Assembly (NCBI GenBank): GCA_046861395.1
Contig: JBHHUC010000001.1
Location: forward strand, 45,830 to 109,829
Length of the DNA: 64,000 nt
DNA from: Fidelibacterota bacterium
GTDB lineage: Bacteria > Fidelibacterota > Marinisomatia > Marinisomatales > JABMOV01
Direction: 5' to 3'
The notes beneath the pieces are model-generated. The model worked only from the letters and a program-made list of their open reading frames with translations, ran no database searches and had not been told where the DNA came from. How positions within the stretch are numbered: the stretch's first letter is position 1; each line of letters starts with the position of its first letter. The position numbers and the translations under genes are program-made. This document shows positions 20,401 through 28,027 of the stretch, piece after piece.

Positions 20401-20900
20401 TCGGCGTATTCTACGACCTGGATACCACCGGCGTAGCCGCATTTGTTCTCAATGCCGACATGTATGACGACATTGAAACGTATGGCGTCACGGGATTGGA
20501 TATCACCTGGACCGTGTGGGCCGGTGATGGAATTGATGATGTTGAAGCAACAAACGGACCACGGACCTTCTACGTGGATGCCACTGCCCTGTTAGGCGTC
20601 GGCGATGAAGCGGCCATTCCAGAAAGCTTCGCGTTACATCAGAATTATCCCAATCCGTTTAACCCGATTACTACGATTGAGTATGATGTTCCTGAAATCA
20701 CAAGAGTTCAGATCGTCATCTATAACGTAATGGGACAACGTATTCGCACGTTGGTGAACAGCGAAATCCAGCCCGGCTATCATCGAGTTCTATGGAACGG
20801 AACCAATGATTTTGGTATGCCGGTTGCTTCAGGAATGTATTTCTATCAAATCAAAGCCGATAACTTCAATCAGGTTAAAAAGCTTATTTTGATGAAATAA
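14445..20900 (+). CDS. Giant secreted multidomain surface protein/adhesin (repeats, lamin-tail, Ig/ASH-like, cleaved-adhesin-like, carboxypeptidase-regulatory-like, FN3, FlgD/T9SS-type C-terminal domain)
   Basis: 2151 aa; signal peptide; LFFSEYVEGSGNNKALEVYNPT (lamin tail); FFEDFD..LPMEGWTILDNNGD; AGYKVYR..YTDTDV..YNYAVSALY (FN3); LHQNYPNPFNP...YNVMGQRIRTL...SGMYFY...KKLILMK. Confidence 0.85.
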   Translation: MRRTVMIVLSLAFLWSSFSLAADKSRDPKNKDQQGAHEGVVKGPDLSIPKDYKDNKGGIKSWSIEDYLIVTPKDKHNALLQRTNKKTRSYHPVSKIKPGPESLQKKDKRTAEISTWGIKEYIENTPESKNTAIINRQKSPSITRGEAPQYRDGVKSISDYSTDELLNITPSKTKREAITHAKTFVVGGSRSHNNTTISLTVDAWASEASWNLYDSTAGAYYYTANQTFASGYETQTVVLDLLPGTYSIDVWDSYGDGGVAGTVTDVNGAVLVSWLDSDYSSFGQFGFEVFPRMFDVNLSLTVDTWASEASWNLYDSTAGAYYYTANQTFTSGGETQNVTVSLAGGVYSVDVWDSYGDGGIAGTVTDANGNVLVTWLDGDYADFGQFGFSIGLFNTTIALTVDTWASEASWNLYDSTSGTYYYTTNQTFTTGGETQTIVFPLPAGHYSVDVWDSYGDGGIAGTVTDVNGNVLVTWLDGDYADFGQFGFEVLVPTNAPDLFFSEYVEGSGNNKALEVYNPTNDTLNLDNYLVYTNYNGNSWTGIYTFPAGFLLAPGDVFVAASADADPEILQAADSAYAYGDGAFITSFNGDDVRGLARIDGTDTTFIDLIGFYDINADTSEDPGSGWDVAGTANATSNHTLIRKQDVIWGNTNWTASAGTDSANSEWLVFPQDYSANLGGHPDDPCWGNEVNLTVTSVSWGSEINFYLTNDLGDTLISCFGCMSSYSTFTETFCLADGFYTFWGADDYGDSWGTGAGFVFTDADGNVLAAGDGPTSGDGTNWVSWTFGVGATPPAFAANMYFDMGGQAVGAGATTQSLYVTNPGGSDLTVSAVEVSGDPFSSTTTSFTVPGGATYPVDVSFDPATPDDFEGYMVFTSDAETSPDTVWLFGFGVDGVFFEDFDPPTGSYTDLPMEGWTILDNNGDADSIPQRYKTWYHDDYGLDGSGNMVAYMGYSNGYYADETLITPMISVSELSVVGFWMYNNYDRGYFLDVSYSTDGTTFNYLTSVPIHDFYEYVEVILPEVADQQIAFTFAPDSGGSYAYLNFDEVTVSAAPPVGTIMGTVTNPGGAPIEGVNVGTPFGVTVTDVAGDYTLNFQPVGLTELWFDLPGYHPAYFNVVVADSDTTVQDLIMVPDSATQSTMYYTGFETGEDTGQTFAWSGTHAFTVMDTFITGVDTILPSSGDYMLVFPDSGEAYDNNDYAYWLGNEFIDLTALMGGGFRFHYSAYISTESGWDYVYPVMALSDGNLYWMDEDGMSGDAGGWFDYEVDLSWAMAMGAEWAVPGFVFEADGSVIGGFGAAFDDVELLYDSFFLAPPMEVMAGSFGSDVPLSWNTPGPTGSVQYHLTQTDRSNFTLLSGDEDGTYARGKGPLPKEHLDVTYNYSNPNNVGRDLAGYKVYRKEWPVGEPVLLATVTENMYTDTDVIEGTYYNYAVSALYDEGESWPMPSNDVHVGAVTQLPAIGFSEDFEGLAGGIPADWQAFTTNPLGISWATGDSAAADTSGAFGYGTPAGGDSTDFAFVTDGRGGDFTFDTWLLSPFLDASDAYSALVSFSGYEQGWGNFPGNSTVAQLLVRSNMGPWFVVTDFSYDHYDGFVDYANDIQMVAAGQEYVQFAVFYHHEGGMNSGGGNGIAVDNLSVFNFAGPTNLVATPGTNVVDLEWLEPLRTLENLPETRELSAEKATLPSGTVSSSERETCFNHMSALAYFWSFTDSLSGPSSIFAFPEGPMELTAAQYGVYFPPDAPIVGSPVEMAVLVANADSTGATIDTIYSGIETLTAEAYANTYEVDLTGLVWESTGNNFIKVHFRPMTWADSIGGGGVNPAYTPAPLSDDGLSPSGLSGTDSAGVFYPSDYDFDLAICGTPTPPALSFNIYKDGMVVEEYFEDLFWSDFDVSPAIESCYYVAGVVPLFLASDAGDMIFVETERTNEVCATPINTPPTDFTLLAPVDGDTLFLTPDNIGMSTMFAWTPSLDPDGEEIWYTVEWSLDNIGVFYDLDTTGVAAFVLNADMYDDIETYGVTGLDITWTVWAGDGIDDVEATNGPRTFYVDATALLGVGDEAAIPESFALHQNYPNPFNPITTIEYDVPEITRVQIVIYNVMGQRIRTLVNSEIQPGYHRVLWNGTNDFGMPVASGMYFYQIKADNFNQVKKLILMK
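15021..15911 (+). repeat. Three tandem ~300-bp (99-101 aa) intragenic domain repeats
   Basis: CTTACAGTTGAT at 15039, 15342, 15639; 60-bp identical blocks at 15545-15604 and 15842-15901; protein unit LTVDxWASEASWNLYDS...YSxDVWDSYGDGG...FGQFGF. Confidence 0.95.
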
Positions 20901-20922
20901 ATCCCGACCTACATCAATACTG

Positions 20923-20953
20923 AAAACAGGGGTCTTCGGACCCCTGTTTTTTT
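20923..20953 (+). terminator. Rho-independent terminator
   Basis: AAAACAGGGGTC-TTCG-GACCCCTGTTTT followed by a T tract. Confidence 0.9.
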
Positions 20954-20963
20954 AAAAATATCC

Positions 20964-20993
20964 TTGCACTGATTTTGACAATAATCGTACAAT
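20964..20993 (+). promoter_or_regulatory. Putative ssb promoter
   Basis: TTGCAC-N18-TACAAT. Confidence 0.45.
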
Positions 20994-21044
20994 AACCCGC
21001 TAAAAGAGCACCTAACATAACCTATAACACATGGCGGAGGAATC

Positions 21045-21440
21045 ATGCAAAAAGGTAGTGTAAATAAAGTTGTTTTGGTTGGTCACCTGGGTGGTGATCC
21101 GGAAAGCCGGTATACGGCAGCAGGAAACCCTGTGGTCACGTTCAATATGGCAACAAATGAATCGTGGAAAACCAGTGACGGTAATTATGAAGACAACACC
21201 GAATGGCACCGCTGCGTTCTGTTTGGAAAAATGGCTGAAAACGCAACGGACCTATTGAAAAAAGGCCAATTGCTGTATCTTGAAGGAAAGTTACGGACAC
21301 GGTCCTGGGAAGACAATAATGGTGTCAAGCGCTATACCACAGAAATTGTGGGCGAAAGGTACACCCTGTTAGGGCGCCGTCCGGATGCTGTTGCTGCGAA
21401 TGAAAACGCTGCTACAGAGGAAGATGACTTACCCTTCTAG
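21045..21440 (+). CDS. ssb: Single-stranded DNA-binding protein
   Basis: VNKVVLVGHLGGDPE, TEWHR, EGKLRTRSW, C-terminal DDLPF. Confidence 0.98.
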   Translation: MQKGSVNKVVLVGHLGGDPESRYTAAGNPVVTFNMATNESWKTSDGNYEDNTEWHRCVLFGKMAENATDLLKKGQLLYLEGKLRTRSWEDNNGVKRYTTEIVGERYTLLGRRPDAVAANENAATEEDDLPF

Positions 21441-21460
21441 TCAAAAAGAACCCATCGCTG

Positions 21461-21487
21461 AAAAGGGCCGTTTTGGCCCTTTTTTTA
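21461..21487 (+). terminator. Rho-independent terminator after ssb
   Basis: AAAAGGGCC-GTTTT-GGCCCTTTTTTT. Confidence 0.8.
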
Positions 21488-21518
21488 TGGGTAAATTCTT
21501 TTCGGCAAGACATGAACG

Positions 21519-22199
21519 ATGGCTAAAACACGAATCGAATCACTTCGCCCCCGCGCCAAACCCCTTCGTTATTTCCTAGGGTATTTCGCCCTTTTTCTTG
21601 GTGCCTGTCTGGCTCATATCCGCGTTTATGGACGCCACAACCTCCCGGATAAGGGCCCTTTTATCATTGCCATTAACCATTTCAGTCGACTTGATCCGGC
21701 CTTTATTATTTATGCTATTCGTCGTCCGGTTGCCTTCTTAATGGCCAGCGATCAGGCGGTAGAGTGGTTTTTATGGTGGGCGCCATGGTTGTATGGTTAT
21801 ATCCCCACCAATCGCACCCGTCTGGCACCGTCGACGATAAAAACCGCCCTGAAAGTGTTAACACAGGGTGATATTCTGGGAATATTTCCCGAAGGAACAT
21901 CAACCGCCGACGAAATCCGTCCTGCCAAAAGCGGAGCCGTTTATCTTTCGGCTATCACGGGAGCCAAAATTGTACCCGTCAGCATCCTCGGCCTATCCGT
22001 AGCCTGGGAGAATTGGTTCAGAGGCGTGCGTCCCACCGTAACGATCAGGATTGGAAAACCTTTCGGACCGGTATCTTTACCGGAAAACAGGAAAGAAAAA
22101 ATAAAAGCCCTGGCCGACATCGGCGACGAACTTATGTCACGCATTGCTACTCTGCTTCCGAAAAAACACAGGGGTTATTTGCGCAATAAGTCGCTATAG
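21519..22199 (+). CDS. plsC: 1-acyl-sn-glycerol-3-phosphate acyltransferase (PlsC family)
   Basis: NHFSRLD (HX4D), IFPEGT, IVPVSI. Confidence 0.85.
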   Translation: MAKTRIESLRPRAKPLRYFLGYFALFLGACLAHIRVYGRHNLPDKGPFIIAINHFSRLDPAFIIYAIRRPVAFLMASDQAVEWFLWWAPWLYGYIPTNRTRLAPSTIKTALKVLTQGDILGIFPEGTSTADEIRPAKSGAVYLSAITGAKIVPVSILGLSVAWENWFRGVRPTVTIRIGKPFGPVSLPENRKEKIKALADIGDELMSRIATLLPKKHRGYLRNKSL

Positions 22200-23117
22200 C
22201 ACGGTATCTGGAGTAAGCGTTTCTTCCTGTTTTGACATAATGTAATAGAGGCCCGCCAGAATGAGAACACCCCCGGCAACCAATCGCGGAGACGGTCTTT
22301 CAAGAAAGAATATCCACGCCCAAACTGAAGCCATGATCGGTTCCCCCAGCGGAACGGAAGCCACCACAGTCGGCGACAGCCATTTAATGGCATAATAAAA
22401 GGACGTATGTCCGATAACCGTAGGTACCAGCCCCAGTAGGAATAGCCAAAAATAAGCCTCCAGGGAGAAAGAGAACACAGGCCGCCTAAGAGCGAATGTC
22501 AATAACAGCAAAAAGACAGCCGCTACGGCGTAAATGGTCCGGGAGAAGGTCAGGGCACCCTCCACACGCCGGATCTTTTCCGAAACCATCAGGACAAGAG
22601 CCATGCATAATGAAGCGGCGACCCCGAGACTGTTACCCAAAAGGAATTGTGAAAAACCGGCGATTGCGGAAAACTGCACCAATAGAGCACCCATTAAGGC
22701 CAAAAATACGCCACCCAAAACAGACCTATTCCAGGGTCGGCGTAGAATAATATATTCAAAAATAACTGTAAAAACAGGAGACATGGTGGATAATAATGTG
22801 GCAGCAGCTACAGTCGTGAATTTTAGGGCACCGAAATAACAGGCGAAATGGACACCTAGAGCAATACCGGCCAGGAGTACATATTTACGTGACTCGGGAG
22901 AAAGAGACGCCTGCCGTTTTAGGCCATGAAAACCCCAAAGAATTACTGCAGCAAAAACCATTCGCCATAAACCGATGGAAACGGCCGGAACAGCAGGTAT
23001 AAAACGTGCAAATACAGCAGCAGTACTGACCGAAAACAGGGCAAGGATGAGCAATATGCGGGGATGTCTCATGGAAAAATTTACCAAGCGGTTTTCGGTA
23101 TCCGAACCATTATTCAC
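22194..23117 (-). CDS. DMT/EamA family transporter (start may be ~23072)
   Basis: About 10 hydrophobic helices in two EamA repeats; LGEPIMASVWAWIFFLE. Confidence 0.88.
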   Translation of the reverse strand: MNNGSDTENRLVNFSMRHPRILLILALFSVSTAAVFARFIPAVPAVSIGLWRMVFAAVILWGFHGLKRQASLSPESRKYVLLAGIALGVHFACYFGALKFTTVAAATLLSTMSPVFTVIFEYIILRRPWNRSVLGGVFLALMGALLVQFSAIAGFSQFLLGNSLGVAASLCMALVLMVSEKIRRVEGALTFSRTIYAVAAVFLLLLTFALRRPVFSFSLEAYFWLFLLGLVPTVIGHTSFYYAIKWLSPTVVASVPLGEPIMASVWAWIFFLERPSPRLVAGGVLILAGLYYIMSKQEETLTPDTVL

Positions 23118-23147
23118 TTATATTTGCCCCCTTAATTCGTGATCGCT

Positions 23148-23942
23148 ATGAAACAATTAACTCTAGCCATACTCCTCTTTCTGGCAACAAACCTGCCAGG
23201 ACAGACCGACTCCCTCCTGTTGGCCCTGGAAAATGAGCTGGGCAGCAAGGTCCCCGAGTCTTTCCTGGACCGGGTACTGAATGATGCCCGCTTAACGACC
23301 CATGAAAAAATTGTCCAGCGGTTTGCCAAGCCCTACGAAAACCTTCCTCCCGAAAAATATAAAGCACTGCTGGTAACGGAAAAACGGATTGACGGCGGTG
23401 TCCGGTTTCACAATGAACGACGAACACTGGTCCATGAAATCTCCCGCCGATACGGCGTCGATGAATACATTTTGCTGGCCATCATTGGCATTGAAAGCAA
23501 TTACGGCAATCACCATGAAGAATTCGCCGTGGTAAATGCATTGTTTACCCAGGCCACCAAGATGCCGAAACGAAGGAAATGGGCCACCGGTCAACTGGCC
23601 ACGTTTCTGGAATATTGCTATGAAGATTCGATCGATCCCTTTTTGATTAAGGGTTCCTATGCCGGAGCCTTTGGTTATGGACAATTCATCCCCACCAGCT
23701 ATATTGCCTATGCCGTGGATGCCGACAGCAATGGCGTCCGGGACCCGCATGCCTGGGATGACGCCCTGGGCAGCATCGCGAATTATTTAATCAAAAACGG
23801 CTATGATTCAACCTCAAAATCGTTCCGGGAAAATACCAGAAACTGGAAAGCTGTGTTTGCCTACAATCATTCCAAAAATTATGTCAACGCCGTCATGGAA
23901 TTACGGCAGGAAATCAAAGCGGGTGTCGAGAATGAAAATTAA
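23148..23942 (+). CDS. Lytic murein transglycosylase, MltB/SLT_2 family
   Basis: AIIGIESNYG (catalytic Glu), GSYAGAFGYGQFIPTSY, AVDADSNG, SIANYL, AYNHS. Confidence 0.9.
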   Translation: MKQLTLAILLFLATNLPGQTDSLLLALENELGSKVPESFLDRVLNDARLTTHEKIVQRFAKPYENLPPEKYKALLVTEKRIDGGVRFHNERRTLVHEISRRYGVDEYILLAIIGIESNYGNHHEEFAVVNALFTQATKMPKRRKWATGQLATFLEYCYEDSIDPFLIKGSYAGAFGYGQFIPTSYIAYAVDADSNGVRDPHAWDDALGSIANYLIKNGYDSTSKSFRENTRNWKAVFAYNHSKNYVNAVMELRQEIKAGVENEN

Positions 23943-23953
23943 AAGGTCATCTC

Positions 23954-24002
23954 TTTTCCCAATAAAAAAGCCCTCACATCGAGGGCTTTTTTATTGGGAA
24001 AA
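23954..24002. terminator. Bidirectional terminator between convergent genes
   Basis: Perfect 22-bp inverted repeat TTTTCCCAATAAAAAAGCCCTC / GAGGGCTTTTTTATTGGGAAAA with a 5-nt loop. Confidence 0.9.
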
Positions 24003-24008
24003 TCTGGT

Positions 24009-25796
24009 TTATAGCTGGACCTTGAGTTCCAGTGTTTCTTCTCCGCGTAGCACCGTTACGGTGACTTCCTGTCCGACTTTTAATTCACCGAGACGATACA
24101 TATAATCATAAATATCCTTGATTTCACCACCATCAATGGCAATAATAATATCGCCCTTTTTCAACCCCGCCTTGGCAGCCGGACCCTCTTTTTTGGTACC
24201 GTCAATTTCCATTCCATCGGCCGAACTGCCGTAGGAAGGAATTATTCCAAACGTCACCTTGAAACTCCGGCGACCAGTTTGTTCCTCTTTCGAACCCGCT
24301 TCGGTAAAGACGGGTTTTTCTTCCTGTTGGTTAAGGTATAGAGCTATATCATAAATGAAATTCAGAATATTCACTTCTCCATCCGCATTGATTTTTGGCC
24401 AATCGTCGGTAGGTTTGTGATAATCTTCATGAGTCCCGGTGAAGAAGAACATGACCGGCACGTCTTCGAGATAAAAACTGGCATGGTCACTGGGGCCAAA
24501 GCCCTCCTTGCTCATATTCAGAGTCAAGCCGTGAGTCCGGTTAAATTCATTCAGCAATGTTTCGAAATCGGGCGAAGTACCCACGCCGCCCACAACAACC
24601 TTTTCATCATATCGGCCGATCATATCCATGTTGATCATGACGGACACTTTTTCCAGATCAATTAATGGATTCCTGGTGAAATACTTGGAACCCAGCAGCC
24701 CTTCTTCTTCTCCGTTATAACACATGAGCAGGACACTGCGTCGAAGGGCGGAACGATTGGCGCTGAGCCGTTCTCCTATTTCAATGACACCGGCTACACC
24801 GGAAGCGTTATCGTCGGCGCCATTGTGAACGGCTACCGTATCAGGCACGAGCGATCCGGATCCAGGACCGCCATAACCCAAATGATCAAAATGAGCCCCA
24901 AAAATAATGTATTCATCTTTTAACACCGGATCATTCCCAGGAATAAATCCGATAACATTCGGAACAGGCACCTCGGTACGTTTTAATTCTATGACAGCCG
25001 AGGCGGCGGTTTCCAATGCCAGACTATTGGCCTTTTCCGTTGTATCAATTCTGGTTTGCAACGCTTTCAGAGTTGATCCGGTTTCCGCTAAAAGCAAATC
25101 GGCCACCGTGCGTTTGACTTGCAGGGCCAGGATGCCGCTGTCGGAAAAGCGATGATTAACCTGCAGTGATTTTAGTTCTTCCGGTTCAAACTGATCTTGA
25201 TAAGCGGACACGAACAGAACGCCGGCCGCACCATGATCCCGGGCCACCATGATTTTCTTGCGCAGGGGAGCATAATTGGCGTATTCGGAATGTGATTCTT
25301 CCGCCTTGGGGTCACCGCGGAGAATCAACGCCCATTTGCCGTCAACATCTACGCCCTCGTAATCATTCCAGACAAGGCTGTCTTCCTTAATATCAAAGCC
25401 GTAACCCACAAAGACAACAGGTGCTGTTAATTCTCCGTTGGCGGAAAATGCCAGGGGAATATAATCCGTTTCTGGCTCAAGATTCTTATTTCCCACGGCG
25501 AATGAATTGGATGGCGCCAGAGAAATATCCTTCAGAAAATCAAAGGATTGAAAATAGCCATGGTCGCCCCCGGGTTCTATTCCGGCGGCCTTGAACTGTG
25601 ACGCAATATAGTCGATGGCGGATTGTGAACCGTCGGTTCCGGGAAATCGCCCCTCAAGCTCATCATCGGCCAGAAATTTAATATGTCCCAGTACTTCATC
25701 TGCCGTTACCGTTTCGCTTACGCCTGTGCGATGCTCTCTTAGCGGCGGATGAGTACAGGCGGCCAGTATGGCCAGGATAATTAGAAAATGTTTCAT
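24009..25796 (-). CDS. M28 family aminopeptidase lipoprotein with PA and C-terminal PDZ domains
   Basis: Lipobox ILAAC; GAHFDHLG, NGADDNASG, GEEEGLLGS, NMDMIG, SDHASF, DYHKPTD; GPAAKAGLKKGDII. Confidence 0.92.
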   Translation of the reverse strand: MKHFLIILAILAACTHPPLREHRTGVSETVTADEVLGHIKFLADDELEGRFPGTDGSQSAIDYIASQFKAAGIEPGGDHGYFQSFDFLKDISLAPSNSFAVGNKNLEPETDYIPLAFSANGELTAPVVFVGYGFDIKEDSLVWNDYEGVDVDGKWALILRGDPKAEESHSEYANYAPLRKKIMVARDHGAAGVLFVSAYQDQFEPEELKSLQVNHRFSDSGILALQVKRTVADLLLAETGSTLKALQTRIDTTEKANSLALETAASAVIELKRTEVPVPNVIGFIPGNDPVLKDEYIIFGAHFDHLGYGGPGSGSLVPDTVAVHNGADDNASGVAGVIEIGERLSANRSALRRSVLLMCYNGEEEGLLGSKYFTRNPLIDLEKVSVMINMDMIGRYDEKVVVGGVGTSPDFETLLNEFNRTHGLTLNMSKEGFGPSDHASFYLEDVPVMFFFTGTHEDYHKPTDDWPKINADGEVNILNFIYDIALYLNQQEEKPVFTEAGSKEEQTGRRSFKVTFGIIPSYGSSADGMEIDGTKKEGPAAKAGLKKGDIIIAIDGGEIKDIYDYMYRLGELKVGQEVTVTVLRGEETLELKVQL

Positions 25797-25840
25797 TTTT
25801 TCCTCAAGTTAAGCCAAAAATATACGAAAGCAAAATGCCC

Positions 25841-26380
25841 TTATTTTGATTTTATATATGTTCCGATTAATTCTGTATTATCAATAATATGACCATCCAT
25901 GGCCTGCATTAGTTGCGCCTTAGTGGGCCGATTGAGGTCCGGAAGAACAATATCAAGGGCATAAAGTTTATGAAAATAGCGGTGGGTTCCGATCGGGGGA
26001 CAGGGACCACCATAGCCGGTTCGTCCCCAGTCATTCAAGCCCTCCAGTGTTCCTTCAGGAAGGGCGCTTGACGTCACCTGTTTCGGTAAGCCGGTAGACG
26101 CTGGCGGCAGGTTATACAACACCCAATGCACCCAGGTCATTTTCGGCGCCTGCGGATCAGGCGCGTCGGGATCGTCAACGATTAACACCAGACTCCTGGC
26201 CGCCGTCGGGATTCCTTTCCATTCCAGGGCCGGTGAAATATCCTCACCCTGGCAGGTGTATTTAATCGGTATGGATCCCTGATGATGAAAGGCCGGTGAT
26301 AATAATTGCATAGACACCTCCTCCTTTTGGGCGATTAAAAATGACACCAGTACGAAAAAGGCAGATAACGCTCGCATCAT
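25841..26380 (-). CDS. YbhB/YbcL Raf-kinase-inhibitor-like (PEBP) protein; start at 26380 or 26311
   Basis: YTCQGEDISP, DDPDAP, WVHWVLYN, YGGPCPP, HRYFHKLYALD; the ORF-track start at 26602 overlaps the next gene. Confidence 0.9.
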   Translation of the reverse strand: MMRALSAFFVLVSFLIAQKEEVSMQLLSPAFHHQGSIPIKYTCQGEDISPALEWKGIPTAARSLVLIVDDPDAPDPQAPKMTWVHWVLYNLPPASTGLPKQVTSSALPEGTLEGLNDWGRTGYGGPCPPIGTHRYFHKLYALDIVLPDLNRPTKAQLMQAMDGHIIDNTELIGTYIKSK

Positions 26381-26397
26381 GATATTCCTTTCCAGGC

Positions 26398-27063
26398 CTA
26401 AAGACCAAAACAATTTCCCTCGCGATAAAATAAGCTTACCCGTCCAGCCTCGAATCCGTTGGGCTGCAAACCCTCCAGAGACAGGTGTTTGAAGCCCTGA
26501 TTCACCACCCAGTCTATGCCTGATTTGTATTCGCTCCGCTGTGCATCGTCCAAAAGCAAGATGCCGCGTTTGGAGAGCTTTGTAATGCTCTGTTTCAAGC
26601 AATTCACCCGATCGCGACCATCGATAATAATAACATCAAACAGTTGTTTATCAACAAGGATAGAGCGACAATAGTCGCCGTTACTATCTTCAGGACAATA
26701 GCGAACTATGGCGTTGGCGGGAAGTTCCGGTTGCAACTTTTCAATCCAAGCCTTATCTCCTTCCACGGAAATAACGGATCCGACCCGCCCGGCAAAAAAC
26801 AACGTGGAATAGCCACTGCCGTATTCGAACAGGGCAAGATCGTTGGTCAGGTGTTGTCGCAGCAAATCAATGGCGGGATAGTTCATCCAGGGCAAAGGTT
26901 CACCGTTTTGATCGCAGGGGCGATTCTGACGAAGACTTTCCAGCCAGCCGGTGGTATGTAAGTATGAGAAGGGAAAGCTAATAAAGTGACGTATCACAGA
27001 TTGGGCGATGTAAAACCTGGTCAGGTGTTGTCGCGCGAATTGAATGAATTTCTGTTTCAGCAC
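26398..27063 (-). CDS. Class I SAM-dependent methyltransferase
   Basis: LFEYGSGYST (motif I), ISVE, FDVIIIDG, LLLDD. Confidence 0.75.
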   Translation of the reverse strand: MLKQKFIQFARQHLTRFYIAQSVIRHFISFPFSYLHTTGWLESLRQNRPCDQNGEPLPWMNYPAIDLLRQHLTNDLALFEYGSGYSTLFFAGRVGSVISVEGDKAWIEKLQPELPANAIVRYCPEDSNGDYCRSILVDKQLFDVIIIDGRDRVNCLKQSITKLSKRGILLLDDAQRSEYKSGIDWVVNQGFKHLSLEGLQPNGFEAGRVSLFYREGNCFGL

Positions 27064-27182
27064 AGGAAGAAATTAAGGTGAACACGACAAAAAGGTAACA
27101 CTACGATTCCGCTGCAAGATTCATTGATTCCGTTTCGGTCAACCGGCTAATTTTAACAATAATGAACCAGGAAAAGATAACC

Positions 27183-27527
27183 ATGATCATTTATCACAAC
27201 CCTCGCTGCCGTAAAAGCCGGGAAACATTGGCCCGGTTGCAAGCGGCCGGTGTTGAACCGAAAATTGTTAAATATCTTGAAACACCACCAACCGAGAACG
27301 GTTTACGGGATTTGGCCCAAAAGCTGAATCTTCGTCCAAAAGATTTTATCCGGCGGGGTGAGGCCGACTATAAAACGCTGAACCTGAAGGAAAAACTGGA
27401 TGACGACGATGCCCTGTTTCACGCCATGGCCACCCACCCGAAACTCATTGAGCGCCCCATTGTTGTAAAAGGCAACCGGGCGATTCTGGGTCGTCCTCCG
27501 GAAAAAGTGGATACGCTGCTGCCATAA
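27183..27527 (+). CDS. arsC: Arsenate reductase (glutaredoxin type), ArsC/Spx family
   Basis: IYHNPRCRKSR, IRRGE, LIERPIV, GRPPE. Confidence 0.82.
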   Translation: MIIYHNPRCRKSRETLARLQAAGVEPKIVKYLETPPTENGLRDLAQKLNLRPKDFIRRGEADYKTLNLKEKLDDDDALFHAMATHPKLIERPIVVKGNRAILGRPPEKVDTLLP

Positions 27528-28027
27528 TGTCCGAAAAACCAATATCCATTTTTATCACTGGCGGGACCTTTGATAAAGAATACGATGAAATTCACGGCAC
27601 TCTGTATTTTACAAAGACGCACATGTCGGAAATTCTGGCTTTGGGACGAAGCCGGGTTAATGTTGAAATAACGAAACTCATGCTGATTGACAGTCTGGAC
27701 ATGACCCCGGCCAACCGTAATCTCATCCTGGAGCGGTGTCAGCAAACCACCGGCGATAGAATCGTGATTACCCACGGTACCGATACCATGGTTGAAACCG
27801 CCCGGGTCATTGCCGCCGCCGATCTTCCCAAAACGATTATTCTGACGGGAGCGATGATTCCCTATAAATTCGGTAGCTCCGACGGACTGTTCAACCTGGG
27901 AAGTGCCCTGGCATTTGCCCAGTGCTTACCCTCCGGTGTTTACATTGCCATGAATGGACGATATTTTGACTGGGATAAGGTGCGTAAAAACCGGGAAACG
28001 GGTATTTTCGAGGAGATACAGAACTAA
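27527..28027 (+). CDS. Short single-domain asparaginase-family protein
   Basis: TGGTFDKEY, DSLDM, HGTDTM, LTGAMIP, SDGLFNL. Confidence 0.85.
   Translation: MSEKPISIFITGGTFDKEYDEIHGTLYFTKTHMSEILALGRSRVNVEITKLMLIDSLDMTPANRNLILERCQQTTGDRIVITHGTDTMVETARVIAAADLPKTIILTGAMIPYKFGSSDGLFNLGSALAFAQCLPSGVYIAMNGRYFDWDKVRKNRETGIFEEIQN

Noticed and set aside
23954..24002. 22-bp inverted repeat as a MITE or IS end
   Set aside because: Single copy, 5-nt loop, T tracts on both strands between convergent genes: a bidirectional terminator
27183..27527. Arsenic resistance operon
   Set aside because: No arsR, arsB or acr3 nearby; a lone ArsC-family gene
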